Positions 15,044 to 24,446 are shown, counted from the stretch's first letter. The stretch is DNA of 37,527 nucleotides from Candidatus Woesearchaeota archaeon (GCA_964408905.1 CAYPBD010000001.1:1-37527), one strand, 5' to 3'. Notes: generated by a model from the sequence alone, not told the origin. Numbers and translations: made by a program.

Positions 15044-16768
15044 ATGAGTTCTATCAACAAATTTATAATAAAAAAACTAAAAGAAAATAAAAAAGAAGTA
15101 ATTACAATTTCATTAATTGCCACAATTGGTTCAGTTCTATCTGTCGCTACTCCTTACATTTATGGAAAATTATTTGACCTTGCAATAATTCCAAACACTG
15201 CTTTAACATTTCTTTTTTCATTAATTTTCATTTGGTTAGCTGCAAGTTTAATTTCAAACTATGCATCAAACAAAGCAGGTTACCGTGGAGGAATTCTTGG
15301 AGTAAAAATTGCCTGGACAGAGGAAGCAGATGCATACGGGCATTTCCTAACTCTTCCAGTAGCATTTCATAAAAATAGAAAAACAGGAGAAATCCTCAAT
15401 AAACTCTCAAGAGGTTCATGGCACATCGAAAGTTTAATTTCAAACTTATCAGGATTGTTCCCGCAAGCAATCGTTCTAATATTTTCAATAATAATCATTT
15501 TCATAATTCAATGGCAATTATCTATAATTCTGACAATATCTTTTATTGTCTATGTTCTCATAACAATAAAATCTTCAAAAGCAGTTGTTGAAGCACAGGA
15601 AAAAGTAAATAAAATAGCAAATAAACAATACGGAAAAGTCTACGATAAATTATACAATCCATTCTTAGTGAAAAACTTTGCAATGGAAAAAATAGAGAAA
15701 AAAAGAATATTAAATGACTTATTAAAAGTAATTCCTGTAGTAAAAAATTCCTCAAAAAAATATAACAAAGTATCACTTTATCAGGGAATTGTTTACACAT
15801 TAAGTTTTGTTGTTCTCTTAAGTTGTGCTATCTTTTTTCTGCGAAAAGGAAACATCACACAAGGTCAGTTCATAATGTTCTTTGGTTATATCAATTTAGT
15901 ATTTAGTCCATTATATATGATTACTGAATTTTACAAATCACTCAAAAGATCATCTGTTGCAATAAAAAGAATAACAAAATTCAAATCATTAATTCCTGAA
16001 TCAATGCAACATGGAGATAAAATTTTAGACCATGCCAAAGGAGAAATCAAATTCTCTGATGTTACATTTGGATATAAAAAAGACAAGCTTGTCTTGAACA
16101 AAATAAATCTCAAAATAAATGCAGGACAAAGTGTAGCATTAGTCGGACAAAGCGGAGTAGGAAAATCAACTCTTTCTGAATTAATAATGGGATATTACAA
16201 ACCTCAAAAAGGCAAAATATTCTTTGATGGAACTGAACTTTCAAGATTAGACTTGCAATGGCTAAGAGAACAAATTGCAATAGTTCCCCAAGATTTGAGT
16301 ATTTTAAATGACAAACTAATTAATAATATTAAATATGCAAAACCCAAAGCAACTTACAAAGAAGTAACAGAAGCAGCAAAAGCAGCAGGAGCACATACTT
16401 TCATTATGAAACTTCCAAAGAAATATAATACTCTCGTAGGTGAGAGAGGAATAAAACTCTCAATGGGGCAAAAACAAAGAATTGCACTAACAATGGCTTT
16501 TCTAAAAAATCCAAAAATCTTAATTTTGGACGAACCAACTTCTGCTCTTGATGCCGAGTCAGAAAGAATAGTTCAGGAAGGAATAAAAAAATTAATCAAA
16601 AACAGGACAACAATAATTATAGCACACAGATTCTCAACAGTAAAACATGCAGATAAAATAATTGTCCTAGATAAAGGAAAAATAATTGAAAAAGGAAACC
16701 ACCAGGAACTTATGAAAAACAAAGGAAAATATTATCATCTATACAATTTGCAAATAGGATTAGAATAA
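15044..16768 (+). CDS. ABC exporter, fused permease/ATPase (MsbA/ABCB-like half transporter)
   Basis: Track ORF starts at 14942, but its first 34 codons overlap the preceding gene. ATG 15044 (MSSINKFIIKK) lies 1 nt after that gene's stop. There are six TM helices, Walker A GQSGVGKST, signature LSMGQKQR (the second Gly is replaced by Met), Walker B ILILDEPTSALD and H-loop IIIAHR. Confidence 0.85.
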   Translation: MSSINKFIIKKLKENKKEVITISLIATIGSVLSVATPYIYGKLFDLAIIPNTALTFLFSLIFIWLAASLISNYASNKAGYRGGILGVKIAWTEEADAYGHFLTLPVAFHKNRKTGEILNKLSRGSWHIESLISNLSGLFPQAIVLIFSIIIIFIIQWQLSIILTISFIVYVLITIKSSKAVVEAQEKVNKIANKQYGKVYDKLYNPFLVKNFAMEKIEKKRILNDLLKVIPVVKNSSKKYNKVSLYQGIVYTLSFVVLLSCAIFFLRKGNITQGQFIMFFGYINLVFSPLYMITEFYKSLKRSSVAIKRITKFKSLIPESMQHGDKILDHAKGEIKFSDVTFGYKKDKLVLNKINLKINAGQSVALVGQSGVGKSTLSELIMGYYKPQKGKIFFDGTELSRLDLQWLREQIAIVPQDLSILNDKLINNIKYAKPKATYKEVTEAAKAAGAHTFIMKLPKKYNTLVGERGIKLSMGQKQRIALTMAFLKNPKILILDEPTSALDAESERIVQEGIKKLIKNRTTIIIAHRFSTVKHADKIIVLDKGKIIEKGNHQELMKNKGKYYHLYNLQIGLE

Positions 16769-16780
16769 ATAAAAATAAAA

Positions 16781-17245
16781 TTATCTCCTTAATTTTTTTT
16801 CTTGTTTAAGTTCTTTTGCAACTTCTGCTCTTGAAATTTTTGCAGATTTTTTCTTTGTTGAAACTTTCTTAGAACGCGATTTATTTTTTGTAACTATCTT
16901 CTTCTTTGCAGTTCTCAACATTACACTTGAAACCTTAGCAACAAAAACTTTAGGAGATTGATTTCCAACAAACTCTCTAATTCTCATTCCTAACTTATTT
17001 GATTTAGAAATTGCTTCTCTTATATTCTTATTAATTCTGCTGAACTCTTTATTAGATTTCTTAACAGAAGATTTCATTGTATCTTCAGAAATTCTCCCAC
17101 TCTTAAATCTAGAACGTTCTTTATCAAACTCATCTATCACTGCCTGCTTCTCTTCCTGTCGCGTCCGAATAAGTTCCCCAAGAGCATTCAGTTCCTTAAC
17201 CATCTTAGCAAAAGAAACTTCATTCATCATCTTAGCTTTAACCAT
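16781..17245 (-). CDS. hypothetical basic protein with Lys-rich C-terminal tail
   Basis: 154-aa ORF preceded by a strong SD (reverse strand AAAGGAGGTGATAAAATG at 17243-17260). The tail is TAKKKIVTKNKSRSKKVSTKKKSAKISR. Confidence 0.6.
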   Translation of the reverse strand: MVKAKMMNEVSFAKMVKELNALGELIRTRQEEKQAVIDEFDKERSRFKSGRISEDTMKSSVKKSNKEFSRINKNIREAISKSNKLGMRIREFVGNQSPKVFVAKVSSVMLRTAKKKIVTKNKSRSKKVSTKKKSAKISRAEVAKELKQEKKLRR

Positions 17246-17354
17246 TTTATCACCTCCTTTCAGGTACTACTCACATAAATTTCTTAGACTATAAAAACAT
17301 TTCTTTACTAAATTGCTAAAATTTAAAAACTAAAATGTATTATTAAATTAAAAG

Positions 17355-18212
17355 ATGGTGAATAAAAAAACTTCAGCAAAAAAAAGAAAATCTGTTAAAA
17401 AGAAATCTAAAATTGATAAAAAAAATATTCCAAGTTTGAAACTTAAAACTGCCCATGATATTGCAATGGACTTTGCAGATAAGGTTTATGAAAAATTTAA
17501 CAAAATGATTAAATCAATTGTATTATTTGGTTCAACTGCAAAAAAAACAAGAGCAGTAGGTTCTGACATAGATATTATAATTATAATAGATGATGCTTCA
17601 GTAAAATGGGATCAGGAATTAATTGCATGGTACAGAGAAGAACTTGATAAAATCTTAAGAGAAAATCCTTATCAAAGTGAACTTCATATTAATACAATAA
17701 AATTAAGTACATGGTGGCAGGATTTAATGAAAGGAGACCCTGTTGTTTTAAATGTTATAAGAAATGGTGAATCAATGATTGATTTTGGTGGTTTCTTTGA
17801 ACCCTTGAAATTCTTATTAGTTCAGGGGAAAATAAATGCAACACCCGAGGCAGTTTACAATTGTCTTCAAAGAGCTCCAATGCATATTGCAAGAAGCAAA
17901 GCTTCTGAATTAAATACAATCGAAGGTTTATATTGGGCAATGGTCGATTCTGCTCACGCTGCTTTAATTGCCTCAAAAGTTTTTCCTCCTTCTCCAGAAC
18001 ACATTCCAATATTCTTAAAAGAAAAATTTGTTAATAAGAAAAGATTAAAAATAAAATATGTTATCTGGTTTAGAGATTTGTTAATGCTTCACAAAAAAAT
18101 TGCCCATGGTGAAATAAAAGATTTGAAAGGTGTGGAAATTGATGACTGGCAGGCAAAAACAGAAGAATTTTTAGAGGTAATAGCACGATTAGTTAATGAA
18201 ATAATTAGTTAA
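17355..18212 (+). CDS. Pol-beta superfamily nucleotidyltransferase domain protein (short paralog)
   Basis: SIVLFGSTAKKTRAVGSDIDIIIIIDD carries the G[SG]...D.D NTase motif. A Lys-rich N-terminus and a helical C-terminal domain are present. It is clearly homologous to 22056..23606 (see findings). Confidence 0.75.
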   Translation: MVNKKTSAKKRKSVKKKSKIDKKNIPSLKLKTAHDIAMDFADKVYEKFNKMIKSIVLFGSTAKKTRAVGSDIDIIIIIDDASVKWDQELIAWYREELDKILRENPYQSELHINTIKLSTWWQDLMKGDPVVLNVIRNGESMIDFGGFFEPLKFLLVQGKINATPEAVYNCLQRAPMHIARSKASELNTIEGLYWAMVDSAHAALIASKVFPPSPEHIPIFLKEKFVNKKRLKIKYVIWFRDLLMLHKKIAHGEIKDLKGVEIDDWQAKTEEFLEVIARLVNEIIS

Positions 18213-18214
18213 AT

Positions 18215-18904
18215 TTAAGCTGTTGCTTTTTCTTCTTTCTTATATTTATCAGCAATTTGAGTTCCTGCTTTGTTAATGTCAGCAAAATAATTTGACTGAC
18301 TAACATTTAATGAAATAGCCCTTTCATAAGCTTTAGTTAATACACCATATATTCCTAAAGCATCTTTTTCTTGTTCAGATAATTTACTTTCATCAATTTT
18401 TCCATTCTCAGTCATTGCTTTTTGTGTTAATTCTGCTTTAATATAATTTTTCAATTCTTCTGGAACTTCAAAATCTAATTTAGCTCCAACAGCTTTTGCA
18501 TGTTCTTCTAACTCTCCAATCTTAGCAATACTTTGTACTTGCATAAGTTGTATTTTAAAACCTTTAGCAACATCATAATTTGTAGGATAAGCAGGATCTT
18601 CAGCTAAACCTAAAGCAGTTTTTTCTTTTATTCGGTCAGCATAAATTCTTTTTCTTTCTTTATCAGCTCCTTCACTTATCATAGCTTCTAAATAAGTTTG
18701 TTCTCCTCCTGAAACTCCTAATTGACCATAGAAAAAAGGATTAGCTTTAACATTATTACCTCCAACTATCTTTTGAAGTAATTTATATTCTAAAGTATTT
18801 TTTACATTTTCTGCTCTACCTTTTTCTTTCTCTTCTGGTGTAGATTCATTTGTCATAATATTTGTCAAGAATTCAACTTTATAAATCTTTCTGTTTGTTA
18901 TCAC
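18215..18904 (-). CDS. hypothetical protein
   Basis: 229-aa ORF; the start is possibly M17 (nt 18856, MTNESTPEEKEK). It is mostly helical with less biased composition than its neighbours, and no motif was recognised. Confidence 0.55.
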   Translation of the reverse strand: MITNRKIYKVEFLTNIMTNESTPEEKEKGRAENVKNTLEYKLLQKIVGGNNVKANPFFYGQLGVSGGEQTYLEAMISEGADKERKRIYADRIKEKTALGLAEDPAYPTNYDVAKGFKIQLMQVQSIAKIGELEEHAKAVGAKLDFEVPEELKNYIKAELTQKAMTENGKIDESKLSEQEKDALGIYGVLTKAYERAISLNVSQSNYFADINKAGTQIADKYKKEEKATA

Positions 18905-18921
18905 TTAGAAGTTAAACATAT

Positions 18922-19107
18922 TTAATCTTCTTTTTTAGGTCCTTTATAATTTGAATGCAGGTATAAACCATAAACAATTCCAGCACTCACACCTCCTGAA
19001 ACCCCTCCAGCATAAGTTATATATTTGTTATCAATAGCAATTCCTGTAAATGTAAGAATTAATCCACATAAGATTCCCACTTTTAATAAATTTTCTAGTT
19101 TTTTCAT
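18922..19107 (-). CDS. small two-helix membrane protein
   Basis: 61 aa with two hydrophobic or Gly-rich segments (VGILCGLILTFTGIAI, GGVSGGVSAGIVYGLYL). It lies 3 nt downstream of the uL16 gene. Confidence 0.45.
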   Translation of the reverse strand: MKKLENLLKVGILCGLILTFTGIAIDNKYITYAGGVSGGVSAGIVYGLYLHSNYKGPKKED

Positions 19108-19110
19108 AGA

Positions 19111-19650
19111 CTATTTCTTTAACTCATATAAAATTTTAGTTTTACAAGGAAGCTTTGCTTTTATCTGCTTGAATAATTTCCTGACAAGCTGAACGGCTTT
19201 TGGAGTCTGAACAGCAACAAAGAAAAGTCTTCCATCTTTTTTCAAAATTGCTGATTTATTCACTGCTTTTCCATAAGACAATTGCATTCCTGTCTGCATT
19301 CTGTCTGCCCCAGCTCCAGTAAGCATTTTATTCTCTCTCTGAATATGATGTGAAAAAGGAATAATCTTAAAGAAATATTGTCCTGAAAGTTCTTTATCTA
19401 ATTTTTTATTTAAATATTGTCTGCATGCTTCAAAAGCATTTTGTCTAATCTGAACTTTTTCTGCTGTAACAAGAGTCAACTGATAAGGAAGCTTTCCTCT
19501 TCTAAATAAAGATTCTTTACCCATATTAAATTTTACAACTTTCTGTTGTGGAACTGCTTTTACATAAGATTTTCCTTTTCTCTTACTCACTCTAGTATAA
19601 GGAACAACTTTTCTCTTTGAATACGCATTTGCTTTTCTTAATGATGCCAT
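19111..19650 (-). CDS. rpl10e: 50S ribosomal protein uL16 (L10e)
   Basis: From M6: MASLRKANAYSKRKVVPYTR...VTAEKVQIRQNAFEACRQYLNKKL...FKIIPFSHHIQRENKMLTGAGADRMQTGM...LPCKTKI. It aligns along its full length with archaeal L10e (e.g. ...TAEPVQIRQNALEAARQ...RENPMATGRKADR...). Confidence 0.9.
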   Translation of the reverse strand: MASLRKANAYSKRKVVPYTRVSKRKGKSYVKAVPQQKVVKFNMGKESLFRRGKLPYQLTLVTAEKVQIRQNAFEACRQYLNKKLDKELSGQYFFKIIPFSHHIQRENKMLTGAGADRMQTGMQLSYGKAVNKSAILKKDGRLFFVAVQTPKAVQLVRKLFKQIKAKLPCKTKILYELKK

Positions 19651-19651
19651 T

Positions 19652-19903
19652 TTAATTAAATTCACTAATTTTTATAAAATATGTACTATAATCGGGGGAT
19701 TTTATTTGTGATTTTTTAAATTCATTCAAAACTGTTTCTCGCAAAGAACTTTTTGGAACAGGATTCCATGCTCTTGTTAAAGGAATAAGTGAAACAACCC
19801 TATAATTTCTCTTTTGAGAACAAACGTCAATATCTTGAAGTCCTTCAAGTTCATCTAAACTAATTTCTCTATCCTTATATATAATTGTTAATTTTTTATT
19901 CAT
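19652..19903 (-). CDS. hypothetical 83-aa protein embedded in the r-protein operon
   Basis: The ORF start overlaps the eL33 stop (ATGA at 19900-19903). Its stop (19652-19654) lies 1 nt from the uL16 ATG (19650). No family was recognised. Confidence 0.55.
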   Translation of the reverse strand: MNKKLTIIYKDREISLDELEGLQDIDVCSQKRNYRVVSLIPLTRAWNPVPKSSLRETVLNEFKKSQIKSPDYSTYFIKISEFN

Positions 19904-20160
19904 TTTATCTCCACTTTAGTTGCAACAGCTTGTCCAGGAAGACCTTTCTCAAAGATAGCTCTCACAACACCTTTATTTCCATGAGCAGATGAAATCTTGC
20001 CTTTGATTATTTTCCCAGCAGGACTTTTCCATTCAACTTCTTTTCCAACAAATTTTTCAGCATCTTTTCTTTTTTTAACTCCGTCTATTTCTATCAAAAA
20101 ATGCTTTTCATGAATCGTATGTCTTCCACGTCTGAATTGAACAATTTTTCCATTAACCAT
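19900..20160 (-). CDS. rpl35ae: 50S ribosomal protein eL33 (L35Ae)
   Basis: From M5: MVNGKIVQFRRGRHT...AEKFVGKEVEWKSPAGKIIKGKISSAHGNKGVVRAIFEKGLPGQAVATKVEI. This closely matches the archaeal L35Ae pattern ...GR.V.WKSPSGK.L.GKI...HG.KG.VRA.FEKGLPGQA.G..VEI. Confidence 0.9.
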   Translation of the reverse strand: MVNGKIVQFRRGRHTIHEKHFLIEIDGVKKRKDAEKFVGKEVEWKSPAGKIIKGKISSAHGNKGVVRAIFEKGLPGQAVATKVEIK

Positions 20161-20198
20161 AAATATTATCAAGAAATTTAGTTTTTAAAAGTTTTGAG

Positions 20199-21986
20199 TT
20201 ACTTAATATAACCACCTTTCTGCAAATTCCATAGTTTTCTATACTCTCCTCTACGATTAATTAATTGCCTATGAGTTCCCATTTGAACAATTTTTCCTTT
20301 TTCTAAGACAACAATCTTATCTGCATGCATTATTGTGGACAATCTATGGGCAATTATTATTGAAGTTCTTCCTTTCATTAATTTATCCAAATCTCTTTTA
20401 ATATCATATTCTGTCTGAGAATCCAAAGAAGAAGTTGCTTCATCAAGAACAAGAATTTTCTTGTTAGCCAAAAGAGCTCTTGCAATAGAAACTCTTTGTT
20501 TTTCTCCACCAGAAAGTTTAACACCTCTTTCCCCAACAATTGTATTTTCTTTTTTTGGAAAATTGTCAATTATCTTTTCTAATTGTGCAAATCTAATTGC
20601 CTTCATAACTTCTTCTCTTGAAGCCCTTGGATTTGAAAATGCAATATTATTATAAATTGTATCATCAAATAAAATACATTCCTGAGGAACCATACTCATT
20701 TCACTTCTCAGAGATTCTTGTTTAACATCTTTTATATCTTTCCCATCAATCAATATCTTACCTTTATCAACATCATAAAATCGATAAAGTAATTTAATAA
20801 GAGTTGTCTTCCCACAACCAGAATGCCCAACTAATGCAACTTTCTTATCAGCAGGAATTTTCAAACTAAAATCTTCAAATATTTTTCTCTTTCCATAACT
20901 AAATGAAATATCTTTAAATTCAATTTCTCCTTTTCTAATTTTTAATTTTTTAGAACCAGGTTTATCTAAGATTTCTTTTTCCACTTTTCCATATTCAAAG
21001 AGTTCTTGAAAATCAGCCATTGCCCTATAATAATTTCTTAATCCATGAACAAAATTAAACATTTGCCCAAGTAATCCAACATAAACAGTATAAATAAAAG
21101 TCAAAGTTCCAAGAGTCATACTTCCATCTAATAATTGCATTAAAGGAAAATAAATTACAAAAAAAGTTCCTATTCCCAGGATAAGAACTTGTCCAAAGCG
21201 AAGCCATCTTGTATAATTCCAACAATAAATTAATTTTTCCTTGCTATTTTCTATTAGTTTTTTATATTTTGTTTTAATTGAATTCTCTTTTCCAAAATAT
21301 TTTATTGAACTTACATTTGTAAAAAAATCTGCAGTAATTCCTTTTTCCAAATCTTGAGTTTTGTTTAAATCTATCTTTGAACTCTCTTGGAGTTTCTGCA
21401 TAAAAAAGCTAAATAAAATAAATGCAAATGCTGTAACAAAAATTGTCAATGCAGAGACCCAATTAAAATAGACTATAGAAGTAGCTGCAATAATTGTCTG
21501 AAAGATAAATGGTGCAAAATTATACAAAATAACATCCGTCATCCTCTCAATAGCAGAAGAACCCCTCATTAATCTTGAAATCAAACTTCCTGTTTTATGA
21601 CTAATATGAAACTTTTGGTCTAAACTTATTATATGATTAAAAAATTTATATTTCAAATCTCTTATCAATCTTGATTCAAATAATGTTACTACATGATTTC
21701 TGATCCATGCAATAATCGCATTCAAAACCGTAGCCCCAATAAAAACTACCCCAACAATAATTAAAGCTTTGACAAAAAATTCTCTTGCTAAATTTCCTGC
21801 TACAAACTCTGTTCCTTTATCAATAATTACTTTAAATAAAAATTTATCTAAAATATCTTTCCCTTGACTCAAAAACATTAAGAACAAAAGAAATCCGAAC
21901 AATAATTTATACTTCTTCAAAAAACTCCAGAACACACTAAGATTATATTTAAAATCTATCTTATACTTTTTTCTTTTATCTGACAT
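20199..21986 (-). CDS. ABC exporter, fused permease/ATPase (MsbA/ABCB-like half transporter)
   Basis: Six TM helices, Walker A GHSGCGKTT, canonical signature LSGGEKQR, Walker B ILVLDEATSSLD, H-loop IIIAHR. Confidence 0.9.
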   Translation of the reverse strand: MSDKRKKYKIDFKYNLSVFWSFLKKYKLLFGFLLFLMFLSQGKDILDKFLFKVIIDKGTEFVAGNLAREFFVKALIIVGVVFIGATVLNAIIAWIRNHVVTLFESRLIRDLKYKFFNHIISLDQKFHISHKTGSLISRLMRGSSAIERMTDVILYNFAPFIFQTIIAATSIVYFNWVSALTIFVTAFAFILFSFFMQKLQESSKIDLNKTQDLEKGITADFFTNVSSIKYFGKENSIKTKYKKLIENSKEKLIYCWNYTRWLRFGQVLILGIGTFFVIYFPLMQLLDGSMTLGTLTFIYTVYVGLLGQMFNFVHGLRNYYRAMADFQELFEYGKVEKEILDKPGSKKLKIRKGEIEFKDISFSYGKRKIFEDFSLKIPADKKVALVGHSGCGKTTLIKLLYRFYDVDKGKILIDGKDIKDVKQESLRSEMSMVPQECILFDDTIYNNIAFSNPRASREEVMKAIRFAQLEKIIDNFPKKENTIVGERGVKLSGGEKQRVSIARALLANKKILVLDEATSSLDSQTEYDIKRDLDKLMKGRTSIIIAHRLSTIMHADKIVVLEKGKIVQMGTHRQLINRRGEYRKLWNLQKGGYIK

Positions 21987-22055
21987 AGTTACCTCTATTA
22001 TTAAATTAAATATTTAAATTAAAGAAAGATATTTTTTAAAAGTTTCTTAACAAAA

Positions 22056-23606
22056 TTATTTCTCATTTTTCTTTTGAACTAATTCACATCTCTGATTGTA
22101 TTCAATCAAATCATTAATTAAAATTGAAGCATTTTTTCTTGCCTCATCAACTTTATGAGAATTTAATTTTCCTTTCTTAAAATCAGCTCTTGCACTTACA
22201 ATATTTTTCAAGATTCTCAAATGTTGTGGAGCAAACTTTCCTTTTTTTACAAAATTTTTCTCAAACTCAGAAATAATCTTATCTTTTGATTTATTGCCAA
22301 TCATTGTTTTTAAAATACTAAAAGTATCTTTGTAAATTTGCTCTATTGTCTTTTCCTGAGCTCGTTTCTCTATTTCCTTTCTAAGTTCTTTTAACCTCTT
22401 CAAATAATCCTGAGTATCCTTAAGCAACTTATCAATTTCTTTTCCTGAAATTTCCTTAATTTTTTCATGTTCATAATCTCTCCAAATATTTACTATTTTT
22501 TCCATAAAATCAATATATTTTTTCTCAATCATTTTTTTATTATAAAATTCTCTCTTAAAATCAGAAACTAATTCTTTCTTAGCATTTGGAGGAGGTAATC
22601 CATTAAGCATCAAAAGTGCCTGTGCAGGAGTTGTAATACCCCAGAAAATATTTGTAAAAACATCAGACAAAAGAATTTTTTTACTTCTTGAAACAACCTT
22701 ATCTCCCATTGACATAAACATATCAATTGCTTCTGGAGAAGGCTTAAGCTTACCCATTTTCAATAAAGTTTTCCAAGGCATAAATGTTCCTCTGTCATAA
22801 AGAGGAACTCCATCTCTAATAAAAGTAAAAATAACAGGATGTGCATCTTTAACAGCTTCCCAAAAATCAGTCAATAAATAAATCTGTGGCTCAAGTTTGT
22901 TCTTCACACCAGCCAAAGAAGAAGCTTCAGCAACATATTGGTAAATTATTCCTCTTAATCTTTCTTTTAATTCAAGCCTCGGCATTCTTTTAACATCAGT
23001 ATCATTAATAACAACAAAAACATCAACATCAGAATCTTTAGAAGCCTCTCCCCTAACTAAACTACCTCCAATAACATAACTAACAACATATCTCTCAAAT
23101 TTTTGTAAGACTAATGACTTATGAATCTCAGCAACTCTCAATGCACCCAAAATTCCTTTATCATAAAGTGGAAAAGACATTGCAATTGCACTCACTAATT
23201 CAAACTTGCTGTCCAAACAATTTCCCCATACATCAACAGGAGTTTTAATCTGTATCCAAATTTTTTGCTTTCCAATTTGTTTAATAATTTCCTGTTTCAT
23301 CTTTGGAATTTCTTTAACCTTTTCTTCAGGAACAATAACATAAAGATGAACATATTTTTCAGTCTCTTTTGGAACTTCTTCTTCATCAATAAATTTCTTA
23401 ACAGATACCGGCGGTAAAATACTTACTGATTGAGTATAAGAATATTTTTTCACAATAAAAGATTTCAACTTTTCAAGTTCTTTTTTTGTTTTCTCCATAT
23501 CTTTTTTAATTTTATCAGAACTTTCAGGAATTACAGATTTTTTAGTAGAATATTTTCTGTCAATATTCATTTCAGGAATATCTTGATTTTTGTTGTCTTT
23601 ATTCAT
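22056..23606 (-). CDS. Pol-beta superfamily nucleotidyltransferase domain protein (long paralog with N- and C-terminal extensions)
   Basis: SYVIGGSLVRGEASKDSDVDVFVVINDTD is the NTase motif. The downstream blocks HPVIFTFIRDGVPLYDRGTFMPWKTLLKMGKLKPSPEAI align with DPVVLNVIRNGESMIDFGGFFEPLKFLLVQGKINATPEAV of 17355..18212. The start overlaps the GT2 stop (23603-23606). Confidence 0.75.
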   Translation of the reverse strand: MNKDNKNQDIPEMNIDRKYSTKKSVIPESSDKIKKDMEKTKKELEKLKSFIVKKYSYTQSVSILPPVSVKKFIDEEEVPKETEKYVHLYVIVPEEKVKEIPKMKQEIIKQIGKQKIWIQIKTPVDVWGNCLDSKFELVSAIAMSFPLYDKGILGALRVAEIHKSLVLQKFERYVVSYVIGGSLVRGEASKDSDVDVFVVINDTDVKRMPRLELKERLRGIIYQYVAEASSLAGVKNKLEPQIYLLTDFWEAVKDAHPVIFTFIRDGVPLYDRGTFMPWKTLLKMGKLKPSPEAIDMFMSMGDKVVSRSKKILLSDVFTNIFWGITTPAQALLMLNGLPPPNAKKELVSDFKREFYNKKMIEKKYIDFMEKIVNIWRDYEHEKIKEISGKEIDKLLKDTQDYLKRLKELRKEIEKRAQEKTIEQIYKDTFSILKTMIGNKSKDKIISEFEKNFVKKGKFAPQHLRILKNIVSARADFKKGKLNSHKVDEARKNASILINDLIEYNQRCELVQKKNEK

Positions 23607-24412
23607 AGTGAAAAAATAGATGTTATACTTATAAATGTTACTAATAATTTTTGTATAATTTGGTACTTAATTTTTTTTAATTTATTTTTAGCTAAAACTT
23701 TTTTCTTTTCAAAATTTGCAAATTCATAAACAATAAATCCTTCTTTTGTAATCTCACCAACAAATTTTCTATATAATTCTACTTTCAAATATTTCAAAGT
23801 TAAATTGACTCTTCCTTCTTTTTCCCATCGTCTTGTGCTTAAATAAAATTCTGTTGTTTTAAGAAATCTCAAAGGCCTAAAATTAGAGGCTCTTTTAATA
23901 AAATTGTTATCTTCTGCTAATTTTATTGATTCATCAAAACCTTTAACTCTTTCAAAAAGAATTTTAGAAACTAATATACAAAAACCCCCTGCATGAGGAT
24001 CATTTGAATTTTGATGAATTTTAAGATACCAATTTCCAAAATCATACATCATTTTATCAATTAATAAATCCGATAAGGGTTTGAATTTACAAGTAGCCAA
24101 TTTAAGACTTCTTTCTTGCATTTCATTATAAGCTTTTTCTAAAAAATCTTTAGGTAATATAATATCTGCATCAAAGAAAAATATAAATTTTCCCTTAGCT
24201 ACTCTCGCTCCATTATTTCTTCCAACAGCAGGCATCCCTCCCTTTACAATTCTAGCACCATATTTTCTTGCTATTTGAACAGTATCATCACTTGAATTAG
24301 AATCAGCAATAATTATTTCATAATCTCTAAAAGTTTGGTTATTTATACTCTTCAACAATTTTGGAAGATACTTCTCTTCATTTAATGTTGGAATGACAAT
24401 ACTTACTTCCAT
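23603..24412 (-). CDS. glycosyltransferase family 2
   Basis: VSIVIPTLNEEKYLPKLLKSINNQTFRDYEIIIADSNSSDDT...GRNNGARVAKGKFIFFFDADI shows the GT-A fold with a DxD-type (DAD) motif. Confidence 0.85.
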   Translation of the reverse strand: MEVSIVIPTLNEEKYLPKLLKSINNQTFRDYEIIIADSNSSDDTVQIARKYGARIVKGGMPAVGRNNGARVAKGKFIFFFDADIILPKDFLEKAYNEMQERSLKLATCKFKPLSDLLIDKMMYDFGNWYLKIHQNSNDPHAGGFCILVSKILFERVKGFDESIKLAEDNNFIKRASNFRPLRFLKTTEFYLSTRRWEKEGRVNLTLKYLKVELYRKFVGEITKEGFIVYEFANFEKKKVLAKNKLKKIKYQIIQKLLVTFISITSIFSL

Positions 24413-24446
24413 TATATTCTCTAAAATTTAAATTATTTAAATTTTT

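Noticed and set aside
17355-18212. MNT-HEPN toxin-antitoxin interpretation of the nucleotidyltransferases
   Set aside because: The NTase and helical domains are fused in a single protein. No conserved Rx4-6H HEPN motif is shared by the two paralogs, and no small partner gene is present.
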